Assembly (NCBI GenBank): GCA_937934305.1
Contig: CALHAG010000008.1
Span: 56,377-80,376, forward strand
DNA: 24,000 bases
Direction of reading: 5' to 3'
Origin: Candidatus Caldarchaeum subterraneum
GTDB taxonomy: Archaea > Thermoproteota > Nitrososphaeria_A > Caldarchaeales > Caldarchaeaceae
The notes beneath the pieces were generated by a model that saw nothing but the letters and a program-made list of their open reading frames with translations, did no database searches and was not told the origin of the DNA. The position numbers and the translations under genes were made by a program. Below, piece by piece: positions 23,404 through 24,000 of this stretch. Within the stretch, counting starts at the first letter, position 1. Each line of letters opens with the position of its first letter.

Positions 23404-23974
23404 GTGCAAACATGCTGTGCAGCGGTTCAAAAATCTGCATCTCTTCTAAACGCCTCTGTCTAATCGCGCGTCTAGCCCTCATCTCTCTTAACCGCTTTTC
23501 TTCGCCTTCGTTGGATGGCTCAAAAGGCGGCATGGGCACGGGTTTTCCAGCCGAGTCTACGGCGACCATGGTGAAAAATGTTGTGGCCGCGTGTCTTCTC
23601 ACACCGCTGGAGGGGTTTTCCGTGATGACTTTTGCGGCAACCTCTGCGGAGGACCTGCCCACACCCGTTAATACCAGCTCAACATCGACGATGCTCCCCT
23701 GCCGAATAGGGTAGTGGAAGCTTGTGGAGTCAACTGCCCCTGTGACGGCCACGGTCTTGGCATAAGAAATAGCCACTGCACCTGCCATCTCGTCGAGAAG
23801 ATGTAGCAGCTTTCCTCCCGACATTATTCCTCCCATCGTGGCATCGGAGGGGGCTACGAGGTGTGAGGACTTCATCCTGTAACGGGCGTCGGGCCCATAC
23901 TCTGATGTGTCGAGGCTCATGGTTTTTCTGTCGTTGAGTATTTTTCTTCTTTTTTCGGCTCTTTGTTCGGCCAA
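23390..23974 (-). CDS. Acyl-CoA thioesterase (hotdog fold, YciA/Acot-like)
   Basis: Motifs: MKSSHLVAPSDATMGGIMSGGKLLHLLDEMAG, VTGAVDSTSFHYPIRQGSIV, VGRSSAEV, FFTMVAVD. The start is uncertain: TTG 23974 or ATG 23920. Confidence 0.8.
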   Translation of the reverse strand: MAEQRAEKRRKILNDRKTMSLDTSEYGPDARYRMKSSHLVAPSDATMGGIMSGGKLLHLLDEMAGAVAISYAKTVAVTGAVDSTSFHYPIRQGSIVDVELVLTGVGRSSAEVAAKVITENPSSGVRRHAATTFFTMVAVDSAGKPVPMPPFEPSNEGEEKRLREMRARRAIRQRRLEEMQIFEPLHSMFAHGRG

Positions 23975-24000
23975 GGAATAGAGCTGCTCCTCTTCTTTTG

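Noticed and set aside
1-24000. CRISPR arrays, tandem repeats, rRNA, tRNA introns, transposases/integrases, toxin-antitoxin pairs, or recognisable defence genes.
   Set aside because: No regularly spaced repeats or long non-coding stretches are visible. The largest intergenic gap is about 225 nt. Both tRNAs fold without introns, and no such protein signatures were recognised. A by-eye scan cannot exclude short dispersed repeats.

Overview
Archaeal chromosomal segment. Markers are PCNA, KEOPS Cgi121, deoxyhypusine synthase, a KH-less beta-CASP nuclease, and A/T-rich TATA boxes about 26 nt upstream of start codons, which implies leaderless genes. Sampled 60-nt lines give roughly 50-60% G+C. The gene set (PPDK, F420 biosynthesis, Mo-hydroxylase, PDO) suggests a TACK/Thermoproteota-like lineage, but this cannot be narrowed without a database search. 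I support 27 CDS and 2 tRNAs, tightly packed with many 4-8 nt overlaps. In order they are: protein disulfide oxidoreductase (5' truncated), IlvE, a Zn-ribbon ORF coupled to a YrdC-only TsaC, convergent Ubl(GG)-Cgi121, a short HEAT protein, a three-subunit Mo-hydroxylase (S-M-L), aspartate kinase, deoxyhypusine synthase, a small membrane protein, a beta-CASP RNase and tRNA-Gly(GCC). These are followed by a low-GC islet with a free-standing HTH-LAGLIDADG endonuclease, a surface beta-propeller-like protein, the operon nitroreductase-like/cofD/cofC, a divergent degenerate LarA-like protein, an M50 protease, tRNA-Pro(CGG), PCNA, a wHTH protein, PPDK, an LLM-class oxidoreductase and an acyl-CoA thioesterase. 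Most of the window is ordinary core genome: no CRISPR array, no obvious defence island, no integrase or transposase. Four observations merit follow-up. (1) The 172-aa HEAT protein looks like exactly one half of eukaryotic deoxyhypusine hydroxylase, with two VRHE motifs. It sits 5 kb from deoxyhypusine synthase, making it a candidate for the unidentified archaeal hypusine hydroxylase. (2) The cofC-cofD operon is led by a stand-alone nitroreductase-fold protein resembling the FbiB C-terminal domain. (3) A truncated LarA-like protein shares a symmetric bidirectional TATA with that operon. (4) The low-GC LAGLIDADG islet lies next to tRNA-Gly. All family calls are by-eye motif and colinearity recognition. 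No searches were run.
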